Made by a program: the position numbers and the translations under genes
In this document: positions 28,174 to 37,489 of the stretch, in pieces
Position numbering within the stretch: the stretch's first letter is position 1
Layout of the letters: every line of letters begins with the position of its first letter
The notes under the pieces: model-generated
Database searches by the model: none
What the model was told of the DNA's origin: nothing
What the model saw: the letters and a program-made list of their open reading frames with translations, nothing else
Assembly: GCA_021810905.1 (NCBI GenBank)
Contig: JAJZQH010000014.1
Location: 12,369-76,368 of the forward strand
From: a bacterium
Lineage (GTDB): Bacteria; UBA10199; 2-02-FULL-44-16; JAAZCA01
Direction of reading: 5' to 3'
Length of the DNA stretch: 64,000 bases

Positions 28174-28560
28174 GTGAACGTTCTTCAGAGAGTTCTGCAT
28201 ACGGACGGAAAGCGCTTGGCCGATGCTGACGGTGAATGCAGGGATCTCAATGCGAACCCCTATATCGATACGCCCGTGAGTAGGCCGGCGACAACGCCCG
28301 AAAGCCTGCAGACTGACTCTTTTATCGCGGAAAGAGAATCTGCATCGAGAGATCTCTACGCCAACCCCTACACGTCTCCGGGCATACAGAAGAAATCGAT
28401 CAAGGGCGCGCATCCCTTCCTCTGTTCAAAGTTTGACGCAACGATCGACTGCGAACTCCGGAACCCATATGTCGAAGACGACGGAGCTGCCATACGCGCG
28501 GACGCGGAAGATCGTCCGGTTGTTGAAGTGGAAGAGCTGATCGTCAATCCCTATAGATGA
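28174..28560 (+). CDS. small hypothetical protein with four NPY repeats
   Basis: GTG start 5 nt after GAGGGAGGG. Repeats LNANPYIDTP, LYANPYTSPG, LRNPYVEDD, LIVNPYR. No known domain. Confidence 0.45.
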   Translation: MNVLQRVLHTDGKRLADADGECRDLNANPYIDTPVSRPATTPESLQTDSFIAERESASRDLYANPYTSPGIQKKSIKGAHPFLCSKFDATIDCELRNPYVEDDGAAIRADAEDRPVVEVEELIVNPYR

Positions 28561-28834
28561 TATTGCGTGTTGGCCGATTGCCTTCGCGCGACCGTTCATC
28601 GCGGTTTTCGCCCACGAGCTGTTTTCTTTCCTCGTATTCAACCTGATGCCATGTCGGTAATGGAAGCCGGTAAAGATCGCCAAAATATTGACAACCGCGC
28701 GTGTTTTTCCTGATTTGAGAAATCACAATGTTGCGCCGTGCATTACAACCCCATCAATAGAAAGAGTTTTTTCTGAAATACAGATAGCCCGTTCGCGGCA
28801 CGATATTTGCTGTATAATAGGTGAGGAGGTTCTT

Positions 28835-30001
28835 ATGAAAAACAGAACAATAATCGTCTTTGTCATTGGTGTGTTTATGCTTGCAGCCGGTTCCGCCCTT
28901 GCAGCGCCTGTCTCTCAGACTTCCGAAATACGCGTGCAACAGGTAATGCCGGTTCAGCCGGGCGCCGTCAAAACCGCTCCGGCAACACCGCAATACCAGA
29001 TCCAAAAGCAAGTAATGCCTGTAATGAAGTCAGCCATAAATATTGAGGGAGGCATCGCGATTCCGAAGCGTATCGTCTACACTGAATATAAAACATCTCC
29101 CTCCAATTATGGCGAAGTGGCGGATACGCGTTCATACACCCTTAATTTTGAAAGCGGGGTGCTTTCAAACATACAGGAAACTTATTTCGGTGGTTCGTAT
29201 GAATATGATTTTACATACTTAAATAATAAGGCGACCAAGATCGTTAAAAAGAGCATTCCCTCCAATAATGTGGAAGGCATTGTTGTATACAGCTATGACG
29301 GTCCTTCTGGAAAGCTCTCTACGGAAAAGGATTATGATGGTCCAATGTCGGATGTCGATCCAACCGTGAATCTAATCGGATGGTACGATTACGGTTATAA
29401 TCAAGGAATCAGATATGGTTCCAAGACGAGTAAAAGTTCTAGCGGGACATATCAAAAAAATGCAGATTGGAACGAAGTATCTACCTTCAATACGGACGGT
29501 TTGCCCAATTACCTCACTGTTAATGATCGTCCCAATACGATACCACTTTCCGACAGGGTTGCTATCGCGTACGGCAATGACGGTTCTGTAGAGAGTATCG
29601 ACGAAAATCAGGATGCTGTTCTGAGCGTGGCAGGCCAGACCCAGGATCACGCAACTCCGATTAACAGATTCTCTCAGATCACATATGAAAACGGTATGCC
29701 CAAGAAGATGTCAATTTTCGAGGACAATAAATTGGCGTACGTTGTTCAAGCTGAAGATGTGGATGCCGTGGGGCGAGTACTCAAAGAAGCAACGTATGTT
29801 TGCAAGGATAAACCGCAATGTTTAAAATGGCGTGAGACGACTTTCGAATACGAATATTTTGCGCTGAAACCTTTGTCGCCTCCGCTCTTCACGGTGATAT
29901 CTAATCTGGCAAAGTATGAAAGCCTTCTTTTCCTGGGTCAGCCGACCTTGCTCTTCGGTAGTGACGGTGTCGGCTTGTATCAGTGGATGAAAGGTTTTTG
30001 A
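28835..30001 (+). CDS. secreted hypothetical protein (AT-rich, probably acquired)
   Basis: GAGGAGG ribosome-binding site, signal peptide MKNRTIIVFVIGVFMLAAGSALAAPVSQ. Y/D/G-rich beta-repeat-like sequence. GC far below window average. Confidence 0.65.
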   Translation: MKNRTIIVFVIGVFMLAAGSALAAPVSQTSEIRVQQVMPVQPGAVKTAPATPQYQIQKQVMPVMKSAINIEGGIAIPKRIVYTEYKTSPSNYGEVADTRSYTLNFESGVLSNIQETYFGGSYEYDFTYLNNKATKIVKKSIPSNNVEGIVVYSYDGPSGKLSTEKDYDGPMSDVDPTVNLIGWYDYGYNQGIRYGSKTSKSSSGTYQKNADWNEVSTFNTDGLPNYLTVNDRPNTIPLSDRVAIAYGNDGSVESIDENQDAVLSVAGQTQDHATPINRFSQITYENGMPKKMSIFEDNKLAYVVQAEDVDAVGRVLKEATYVCKDKPQCLKWRETTFEYEYFALKPLSPPLFTVISNLAKYESLLFLGQPTLLFGSDGVGLYQWMKGF

Positions 30002-30002
30002 A

Positions 30003-30470
30003 CTATAGGTAATGGCGCCCGAATACCATCGCAGAAAACTGGAGCGGATCCAGGGACGCGGTGCTCATGCACGACGGGTTTCCTAAGAACCTTTCCGGAC
30101 CTGATTCCGGGGGATCCGGCTCCTCAGGCAGGAATGGACGATAGAGTTCGAGCAACTCCTGGAACTCCTCACACTTCGACGGGACCTGGCCTTTGGCTAT
30201 TACCGCCCGAATAGCTTCTTGCCACCAGGGCAGAGAATCGAAGCACTGGCAGGGGACATGATCTATTATTCGAGCGATTGCATCTACGTTTGAGGCGCAG
30301 GCAGTTCCGTTCGCATCGACGTAGATATCGCCAGGGGTCAGACCCAGCGTATTCGAGATACACGCAACCTCTTCGGAGCTGAGGACCAGGTTTTTGTCCG
30401 AGATTTCAAAAACGAATGCATTTTCAGCGGGTTGTGACGCAGAGATAAGTGCCGATACAAAGTCTGCCAT
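30003..30470 (-). CDS. hypothetical protein (155 aa)
   Basis: ORF with plausible coding composition, convergent with and 2 nt from the preceding gene. No recognisable domain. Confidence 0.4.
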   Translation of the reverse strand: MADFVSALISASQPAENAFVFEISDKNLVLSSEEVACISNTLGLTPGDIYVDANGTACASNVDAIARIIDHVPCQCFDSLPWWQEAIRAVIAKGQVPSKCEEFQELLELYRPFLPEEPDPPESGPERFLGNPSCMSTASLDPLQFSAMVFGRHYL

Positions 30471-30651
30471 AGGGCCGTCCTTAAGCCCCCTCCATACTTA
30501 TTATCGGCTGAAAATCGCCGAAGTTGCGTGAAAATCGTGTTACAGTGGAAATCCTGTTGCGGGAATTCAACAGACCGACGAGCGACAAGCGAGACGAGCG
30601 GTGCCTGGCACCGGAGTCCTCACTTTCTGCAATGCCCTGGGCAGACGAAGA

Positions 30652-32982
30652 TCACCGGAAAACCGTGCCCAAGTGCATGGAGATAGGCGACAGTGTGGCG
30701 GCGGAATCGATGTTGAGTGTTGCTCCTTCATCGATCGCATCCCCGTTCCATTCGACGATCGAGTCCATTTCAGCGAAATAGTCTGATGCATTCTCTCCCG
30801 CGGCCGAAACCTTCTGGCTCTTGGAGCCTTCGATCATCTCCTTCACTGCGAGCACCGCATCCGTACGCGCCTTCGCAGGCTCGCGTGAAGCAGATTCCCT
30901 CGCGCGAAGGAGTCTTGCGCGGATTTCTTCGGGCATCTCATGTTCGGGCGCCGTGGAGAGCGCCATGTCCACGATTTCCGCAGCGTGCAGGATGCTGCGC
31001 AGGCGCGGCGCCGGCTCCGTCATCATCCAGGCGCCCATGATCAGCACGCTCCTCACGTAATTGCCGCTGATCGATTTTGACGGATCGTTCAGCGCGACGA
31101 AGAGACGAAGATCCACGCCCTTGAGGGTGTGGAGGGTATGTCCTTGCGCGATGAGTTCACGGAGGTGCGGCTCGATCGTTTCCCTGCGTCGGAGAAAATA
31201 TTCGGCCGGACCTGCGATTTCCTTATGGAGTTTTGCGGCCCGTTTATCATCAAGAAGACCGCCAGCCCTGAGCGCACCGACGAGGGTACCCAGCGCATAA
31301 TGCCGCTCGGCCTCGGGGAAATGATATGCATCTGCGGGGATGTCGCCCCGTGCCTTGAGATTTTCAACTGCGATGCGGTCTCTTCGCGCGACCAGAAAAC
31401 GGGTGAGCTGCAGATCGTCGGCAAGGAGCGCAGGATGTATTCCCTTCAGGGTTGCCGAACGGTCGAAGATCGTGCGCGCGCTGGTCACGCGTGACTGGTC
31501 CTTGATCGCCTGATCGGCCTTGAGCGCGCCGCTGTACTGCAGTGCACACATCAGCGTGGAAACGGAATAGGCCGTTGGAATGCAGCGAGAGCTCTGGCGA
31601 CGTAATTTTTTCTGTTCCCTGGATACCCGTGGAGCCGCCTTTCTGAGTTCATCGTAGAGGAGGTCGAAGGTGGGGATATCTTTTGAGGCGATCGACTGCA
31701 GGATCCTGGAATGATGGTAGAGTTCGATGGCATCCGCGACGCGAAGCAGGCCCTGAAGTTTCGATTTTCCTTTTGCACCCGAGAGCATGCCATGTCCCGC
31801 AAGGCAGGCCAGGTACATCGTGGCGATGCTCAGGCGGGAGCGGGATTCAGCCCCAATGACCTGGGCACGAATGGATCTGAGTTTCGCGACCATTGTCGGC
31901 GCATCCATTAGATCCTCGGGCGCTATGGAACGCAGGGGAGCGGATCGTTCAAAGAGCTCCATTGCGCTCGCCCACCGTCCGAACATCTCGGCCCTGCCTT
32001 CGGGTATGACGCCGGCTGCGGCCAGCATTCTGAATATTGTGGAATAGCTATACTCCGCGCGAATGTCTCGAACCTCGCTCTTTTCATCTATGAGCTGTTT
32101 TCGGATTCGAGGCAATGCTGCAATGAATGCCTCAGGGCACGCCGTGAGCGAGGAATCCATCCGTTGCAAAGCCGGGGACCGTTCGTAAAAGTCGCGGTAT
32201 TGAGCCGTAGTCTCAAATTCCCGCGAGGCCCTCTCGGAGATTCGCCCTGCCGCAATCAGGGCGCGCGTCAGAGTCAGAAAGGAATAGGGAGCGGTTTGTA
32301 CGTGAACCCCATCAGATCGTCTTGTCTGTCTCTTCGTCTTGAGGATATGCGGCCGAAGTTCAGCCAGCTTTTTCATGAGCCGCTGCGGAGAGGAGAGATC
32401 CTGTTTGCTCACTGACCGGAGGATGCTGCTTCGCTCATAGATCTCTGCGGCGCTGGCCAGCCATACGGCCGTCTGCCAGTCCGTCCTCGGGGCCAGGCTG
32501 TTTGTCTCAACCAGGGCGGCGACGAGGGCCGAGAGTTTGCATCCGATGCGCCATGGGTCAGCTTCCGTGAATTCTGCGAGTTTCTTCTCGATCGCGCATC
32601 TTTGCCGGACGAGCGCCTTCACGAGCGAGATGGGGGTCTCTGAGGATTCATCCGCAATCTTTCTGAGCGTCGAGGAGCCGACTATCAATTCCTCGAACTT
32701 TTTATGGAGGGCTGGGCTGGACTTCCTTCGGGACTTGCCGCCCTTGGATGCAGCGCTGTCGCGCCCGTCTGTCAGCCTCTTGAGCGCGTCTCCAGAGAGG
32801 ACGTGCGACAGGGCGTCGATCACCTCATAGCGATCGTCGACCGAAGCTACACCTCTATGAGTGATCCGGAGGGAGTCCCGGATCAGGCGCGCGTCTTTTG
32901 CGGCGAGCGAATCCTCGTGAGACGTATCGATGAATCGAACGATTACCCTTGTAGTTGATGCATTCAGCAGTATCCGGGCCAC
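30652..32982 (-). CDS. large hypothetical protein with internal repeats of about 80-90 aa (776 aa)
   Basis: GTG start preceded by GGAGGAG. At least five repeats share (I/L)(Y/F)(E/D)RSxxL(R/Q)S(I/V)...DL...KL, for example AAEIYERSSILRSVSKQDL, AMELFERSAPLRSIAPEDL, AIELYHHSRILQSIASKDI. Confidence 0.55.
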   Translation of the reverse strand: MARILLNASTTRVIVRFIDTSHEDSLAAKDARLIRDSLRITHRGVASVDDRYEVIDALSHVLSGDALKRLTDGRDSAASKGGKSRRKSSPALHKKFEELIVGSSTLRKIADESSETPISLVKALVRQRCAIEKKLAEFTEADPWRIGCKLSALVAALVETNSLAPRTDWQTAVWLASAAEIYERSSILRSVSKQDLSSPQRLMKKLAELRPHILKTKRQTRRSDGVHVQTAPYSFLTLTRALIAAGRISERASREFETTAQYRDFYERSPALQRMDSSLTACPEAFIAALPRIRKQLIDEKSEVRDIRAEYSYSTIFRMLAAAGVIPEGRAEMFGRWASAMELFERSAPLRSIAPEDLMDAPTMVAKLRSIRAQVIGAESRSRLSIATMYLACLAGHGMLSGAKGKSKLQGLLRVADAIELYHHSRILQSIASKDIPTFDLLYDELRKAAPRVSREQKKLRRQSSRCIPTAYSVSTLMCALQYSGALKADQAIKDQSRVTSARTIFDRSATLKGIHPALLADDLQLTRFLVARRDRIAVENLKARGDIPADAYHFPEAERHYALGTLVGALRAGGLLDDKRAAKLHKEIAGPAEYFLRRRETIEPHLRELIAQGHTLHTLKGVDLRLFVALNDPSKSISGNYVRSVLIMGAWMMTEPAPRLRSILHAAEIVDMALSTAPEHEMPEEIRARLLRARESASREPAKARTDAVLAVKEMIEGSKSQKVSAAGENASDYFAEMDSIVEWNGDAIDEGATLNIDSAATLSPISMHLGTVFR

Positions 32983-33150
32983 ATCTCCTCCAACCGCCGC
33001 ATCTCGGCGATGACCCTGTTATCGGAACTTTCGCCCAGAAGTTGTGTCCTATTTCCGATCGATGATTGAGAGGAACAGGTTCCACGGGTCGCGGATATCC
33101 GCTTATCGCGATTGATTCTTTCCGCGGGCTATGCTTAATCTCGCAAACCC

Positions 33151-36100
33151 ATGCAGCACGCCAATTTCGTACATCTGCACGTGCATTCATACTACAGCCT
33201 GCTGGACGGCGCCGCGCCCATCGAGGTCCTGGCCGAGAGGGCCAAGGAGTTCCGGATGCCGGCCCTGGCGCTCACCGACCACGGCAACCTATTTGGCGCC
33301 ATCGAATTTTATCAGACGCTCTCCAAGGCAGGGGTCAAGCCGTGTATCGGTTGCGAGTGCTACCTGCTCACCAAGGGGAGCCGTCACACGCGCGACCTCA
33401 AGCAGGAGGGCACGCTCTCACACATCACTTTGCTCGCAAAAAACCGCGAAGGCTTTCGCAGCCTCTGCCGCCTGATTAGTTCAAGTTATTTGGAGGGTTT
33501 TTATTATAAGCCTCGAATAGACAAAGAAATATTGAGAGAAAATAATGCCGGGCTCATAGCCCTCTCGGGTTGCTTGAAGGGTGAGGTGCCATTTGCCTTA
33601 TCTGAAGGGAGATTTGAAGACGCAAAGGCTGCGGCTTTGGAACTCGCTTCTATTTTCACAAATAACCGCCTCTTTCTTGAGGTGCAAGACCACGGGTTGC
33701 CGGAACAAGCCAGGATAAAAGAGGGAATCAAGGAATTGGGCCAGGAGCTGGGCATAGGGCTCGCGGCCACTAACGACGTTCATTATATCCATCGCGAGGA
33801 CGCCCCGGTCCACGATGCACTCCTGTGCATCCAGACCGCCAAGACAATCGACGAGCCCAACCGCATGCGCCTTGGCTCGGACGAATTTTACCTCAAATCG
33901 CCCGAGGAGATGTCCCAACTCTTTGCCGACTGCCCTGAGGCGATCTCCAACACCGTGGCCATCGCCGAGCGGTTGAACCTGGATTTTGACTTCAAGACCT
34001 ATCATTTCCCCAAGTTCGTGCCGCCGGAAGGCAGGGACCTGGCCGCGTATCTGGACGAGCGCGCAAGGGAGGCGCTGGCCGGAAAGCTCGAGACGGTGCT
34101 CGCCCGCCACACTGAGGATAAGGATAAGACGAGGAAGGATTACGAAGAGCGCCTGGAGGTGGAGCTCAAGGTCATCATTTCTATGGGTTTTGCCGGTTAC
34201 TTCCTCATAGTGGCCGATTTCATAGCGCACGCGCGCTCGATCGACCTGCCGGTAGGGCCGGGCCGCGGCTCTGCAGCCGGCTCCCTTGTCGCGTATTGCC
34301 TGGGCATCACCAACATAGACCCGATCGAGCACGGCCTGCTCTTCGAGCGATTCTTGAACCCCGAGCGCATCAGCATGCCGGACGTGGACATAGACTTCTG
34401 CATGCGCCGCCGTGAAGAGGTGATCGAGTATGTGGCGAAGAAGTACGGCAACGTGAGCCAGATCATCACGTTCGGAAAGATGAAGGCGCGCGCGGTGGTG
34501 CGCGACGTGGGCAGAGTAATGGGGCTGCCTTACGGGGACGTGGACCGGATCGCCAAGTTGATACCGGCGACGCTGGGCATGACGCTCGACGAGGCCGTGA
34601 AGATTGAACCAAAGCTCAAGGAGACGGCGGCAAAGGACAAGCAGGTGGCGCGGCTCCTGGAGATCGCGCGAGCGCTCGAGGGTTATCCGCGCCATGCGTC
34701 CACGCATGCGGCGGGCGTTGTGATCTCCGACCAGCCGCTAACGGAGTTCGTACCGCTTTATCGCGGCCAGAACGACGAAGTCGTGACGCAGTTCGACATG
34801 AAGTGCGTGGAAAAGGTGGGGCTGATCAAGTTCGATTTCCTGGGGCTCAAGACCCTCACGGTGATAGACGACGCGCTCAAGCTGATACGTGCGCGTACCG
34901 GAGAGCGCATCGATATAGACTCGATCCCGCTCGACGATCCGCTCGTCTACGAGAACCTCTCAAAGGGCGACACCGCCGGCGTATTCCAGCTCGAAAGCTC
35001 CGGCATGACCGATCTGGTGATGAAGCTCAAGCCCAGCGCGTTCCCGGATATCGTTGCTCTAGTCGCGCTCTTCCGCCCCGGTCCTCTGGGCTCGGGCATG
35101 GTGGACGACTTCATCGACCGCAAGCACGGCCGCAAGGCTATCAAGTACGAACTGCCGCAACTAGAGGGGATTTTGCGCGAGACGTACGGCGTGATCGTCT
35201 ATCAGGAGCAGGTGATGCAGATAGCGAATCTGCTCGCGAACTACAGCCTGGGCGAAGCCGATCTCCTCCGCCGCGCCATGGGCAAGAAAAAACCCGAGGA
35301 GATGGCCAAGCAGCGCGAGCGGTTCGTAACCGGCGCCGTGGCGAATAAAATTTCCAAACAAAAGGCTGAATTCATCTTCGACCTGATGGCCAAGTTCGCC
35401 GAATACGGCTTCAACAAGTCGCACAGCGCTGCGTACGCGATGGTCTCCTATCAGACCGCGTGGCTGAAATTCCACTATCCCACGGAGTTCATGGCAGCGC
35501 TGCTCACGTCGGAAAAGGACGTCACGGACAAGATACTGCGCTACATGAACGACTGCCGCAGCCATGGGCTCAAGGTGCTGCCTCCGGACGTGGGCGAGAG
35601 CCAGCGCGATTTTTCGGTAGTGGAGCAGGGGACGATACGCTTCGGTCTGGCTGCGGTGAAGAACGTGGGAGAGGCCGCCATCGACAGCATCATCGCGGTG
35701 CGCAACGAGGGCGGGCCTTTCGCGTCGCTCTTTGATTTCTGCGAGCGGGTCGATTCCCGCAGGGTGAACCGTCGCGTGATAGAGAGCCTCATCAAGTGCG
35801 GCGCCTTCGACTCCACAAAGGCGGCGCGCGCGGCGCTTTTGACGGCGCTGGATCGGGCGATGGAGATGGCCGCCTCCAGGCAGCGCGACCGGCAGAGCGG
35901 ACAGTCCAGGCTATTCGATCTCATGTCGGGTGCGGGGCATGCGCTTCCGGAACCGGAGCTGCCGGACGTTTCCGAATGGGGCGAGCGGCAGCTGCTCGCT
36001 TACGAGAAGGAGTCCCTCGGGTTCTACATCACCGGCCATCCTCTTGCGCAATACGAGGAGCTGCTCACGCAATATGCGAACACGGATACGGCCGCGCTTC

Positions 36101-36618
36101 CTGAGATCTCAGATAATCAGGAGGTGCGGCTCGGCGGAGTCGTGGCGAAGCTCCGTGAGATCACGACAAAGCGCGGCGACCGGATGGGATTTGTTACGCT
36201 TGAGGATCTCAAGGGCACGGCGGAGGTCGTGGTCTTTTCCGAGCCCTTCGCGGAGTCCATGTCGCTCATCAAGGGCGATCGTCCGCTGTTCGTGGTGGGG
36301 ACGGCCGATGCGGACGGTGAAAGCGTCAAGATCATTGCAAAGTCGATCTGGCCGATCGAAGACGTTCCGCAGAGGCTCACCAAGAGCGTGCACTTCTTCC
36401 TGCATCAGCCGGAGGTTACGCCCAACCACCTGGCGCAGCTGAAGAACATACTATCGCGCTATCCCGGTGAGTGCCCGGCGTTCGTGCATCTCATCGTGCC
36501 TGAAAAAACTGAGACTGTGCTCTCGCTGCCGGAGGAGATGAAACTCTCGCCTTCTCCGCAGCTTGTTGCTACAGTCGATAAACTATTCGGGCACAGCGTT
36601 ACGAGGTTTGTATCTTGA
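33151..36618 (+). CDS. dnaE: DNA polymerase III alpha subunit
   Basis: PHP domain (VHLHVHSYYSLLDGA), polymerase core, OB fold. 1155 aa. Confidence 0.95.
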   Translation: MQHANFVHLHVHSYYSLLDGAAPIEVLAERAKEFRMPALALTDHGNLFGAIEFYQTLSKAGVKPCIGCECYLLTKGSRHTRDLKQEGTLSHITLLAKNREGFRSLCRLISSSYLEGFYYKPRIDKEILRENNAGLIALSGCLKGEVPFALSEGRFEDAKAAALELASIFTNNRLFLEVQDHGLPEQARIKEGIKELGQELGIGLAATNDVHYIHREDAPVHDALLCIQTAKTIDEPNRMRLGSDEFYLKSPEEMSQLFADCPEAISNTVAIAERLNLDFDFKTYHFPKFVPPEGRDLAAYLDERAREALAGKLETVLARHTEDKDKTRKDYEERLEVELKVIISMGFAGYFLIVADFIAHARSIDLPVGPGRGSAAGSLVAYCLGITNIDPIEHGLLFERFLNPERISMPDVDIDFCMRRREEVIEYVAKKYGNVSQIITFGKMKARAVVRDVGRVMGLPYGDVDRIAKLIPATLGMTLDEAVKIEPKLKETAAKDKQVARLLEIARALEGYPRHASTHAAGVVISDQPLTEFVPLYRGQNDEVVTQFDMKCVEKVGLIKFDFLGLKTLTVIDDALKLIRARTGERIDIDSIPLDDPLVYENLSKGDTAGVFQLESSGMTDLVMKLKPSAFPDIVALVALFRPGPLGSGMVDDFIDRKHGRKAIKYELPQLEGILRETYGVIVYQEQVMQIANLLANYSLGEADLLRRAMGKKKPEEMAKQRERFVTGAVANKISKQKAEFIFDLMAKFAEYGFNKSHSAAYAMVSYQTAWLKFHYPTEFMAALLTSEKDVTDKILRYMNDCRSHGLKVLPPDVGESQRDFSVVEQGTIRFGLAAVKNVGEAAIDSIIAVRNEGGPFASLFDFCERVDSRRVNRRVIESLIKCGAFDSTKAARAALLTALDRAMEMAASRQRDRQSGQSRLFDLMSGAGHALPEPELPDVSEWGERQLLAYEKESLGFYITGHPLAQYEELLTQYANTDTAALPEISDNQEVRLGGVVAKLREITTKRGDRMGFVTLEDLKGTAEVVVFSEPFAESMSLIKGDRPLFVVGTADADGESVKIIAKSIWPIEDVPQRLTKSVHFFLHQPEVTPNHLAQLKNILSRYPGECPAFVHLIVPEKTETVLSLPEEMKLSPSPQLVATVDKLFGHSVTRFVS

Positions 36619-36728
36619 AAACCGTCGTTCGTCGTTAGTCGTTCGTCGATCGTGACGGCCTCAAGAACATGGACGTTTTTACGATCAACGCACCACGAAT
36701 TACGAACGACTAACGACTAACGACGAAA
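36618..36728. repeat. TAGT-arm hairpin element, copy B (fills the gap from the dnaE stop to the ribosome-binding site of the next gene)
   Basis: AAAACCGTCGTTCGTCGTTAGTCGTTCGTCGATCGTGACGGCCTCAAGAAC..GTTTTTACGATCAACG..CGAACGACTAACGACTAACGACGAAAC. Arms are reverse complements. Aligns with copy A. Confidence 0.65.
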
Positions 36729-36740
36729 CAAGGAGGCAAC

Positions 36741-37430
36741 ATGCATTCGAAGAAAGCAGTGGCAATGGCAGTGGCAGTGGCGTTCACGTTCGCGGCAGGC
36801 GCGGCGTTTGGCGCCAGCAAGAGGCCGCCTCAGTCGGGCGATATTGCCGCGGCAAACGAGCCCTCCCAGGCTCCGGCGCAGATGAGCAACCTACGCGTGT
36901 CGATCTACCCCGTGAAGACCGACGGTTTCACGCTGAATAAGAGCGAGGTCACGGAAATCCACCGCATCGCCATGCAGGCATGCTTTGACGCAGGTCTGCG
37001 CTGTTCGGGCAGGGGCGAGACGGTGGGCAACGTCCAGAAGGAGCAGTCGTACGAAGGACGCGGGCGCATCGCGCAGGCGCAGTACGTGGCCGAATTTACG
37101 CTCGTCGGCAAGACGCAGGACAAGGTCAAGCTCGGCCTCCCGGGCGGATTCCACGTCGGCGGCGGATATGGAACCAACTTCGGCGGCGGGGTCGTTGGCG
37201 GCGGCGTGTACACAGACCTCTCCGGTCTTGGAATCAAGATGGACGGCATGGAGCTGGTGGGGCAGATCTCCGATACCTCCGACGGGGCCCTTGTTTACTC
37301 CGATACGCAGAGCAAGCTTGCGCTGAGGGGGAGCTTCATAGTGGGAGAGGCGGGCGGATCAAACGCCAAAAAGCTGCTCAAGACGTTCCGACAGATGTTT
37401 GACGACTTCAGGGCGAGGATCGGTCGCTGA
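36741..37430 (+). CDS. secreted hypothetical protein (229 aa, Gly-rich)
   Basis: AAGGAGG ribosome-binding site. Signal peptide MHSKKAVAMAVAVAFTFAAGAAFGAS. Gly-rich stretch GGGYGTNFGGGVVGGGVY. Confidence 0.6.
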   Translation: MHSKKAVAMAVAVAFTFAAGAAFGASKRPPQSGDIAAANEPSQAPAQMSNLRVSIYPVKTDGFTLNKSEVTEIHRIAMQACFDAGLRCSGRGETVGNVQKEQSYEGRGRIAQAQYVAEFTLVGKTQDKVKLGLPGGFHVGGGYGTNFGGGVVGGGVYTDLSGLGIKMDGMELVGQISDTSDGALVYSDTQSKLALRGSFIVGEAGGSNAKKLLKTFRQMFDDFRARIGR

Positions 37431-37489
37431 CTGGCTCCAAGTCAACGCAGTCCATTGCAGGGCGTTTCGGGCCTCAGCGCGCGCTCATC

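Noticed and set aside
33598-34707. 369-aa minus-strand ORF inside dnaE
   Set aside because: Antisense to DNA polymerase III alpha. No independent support.
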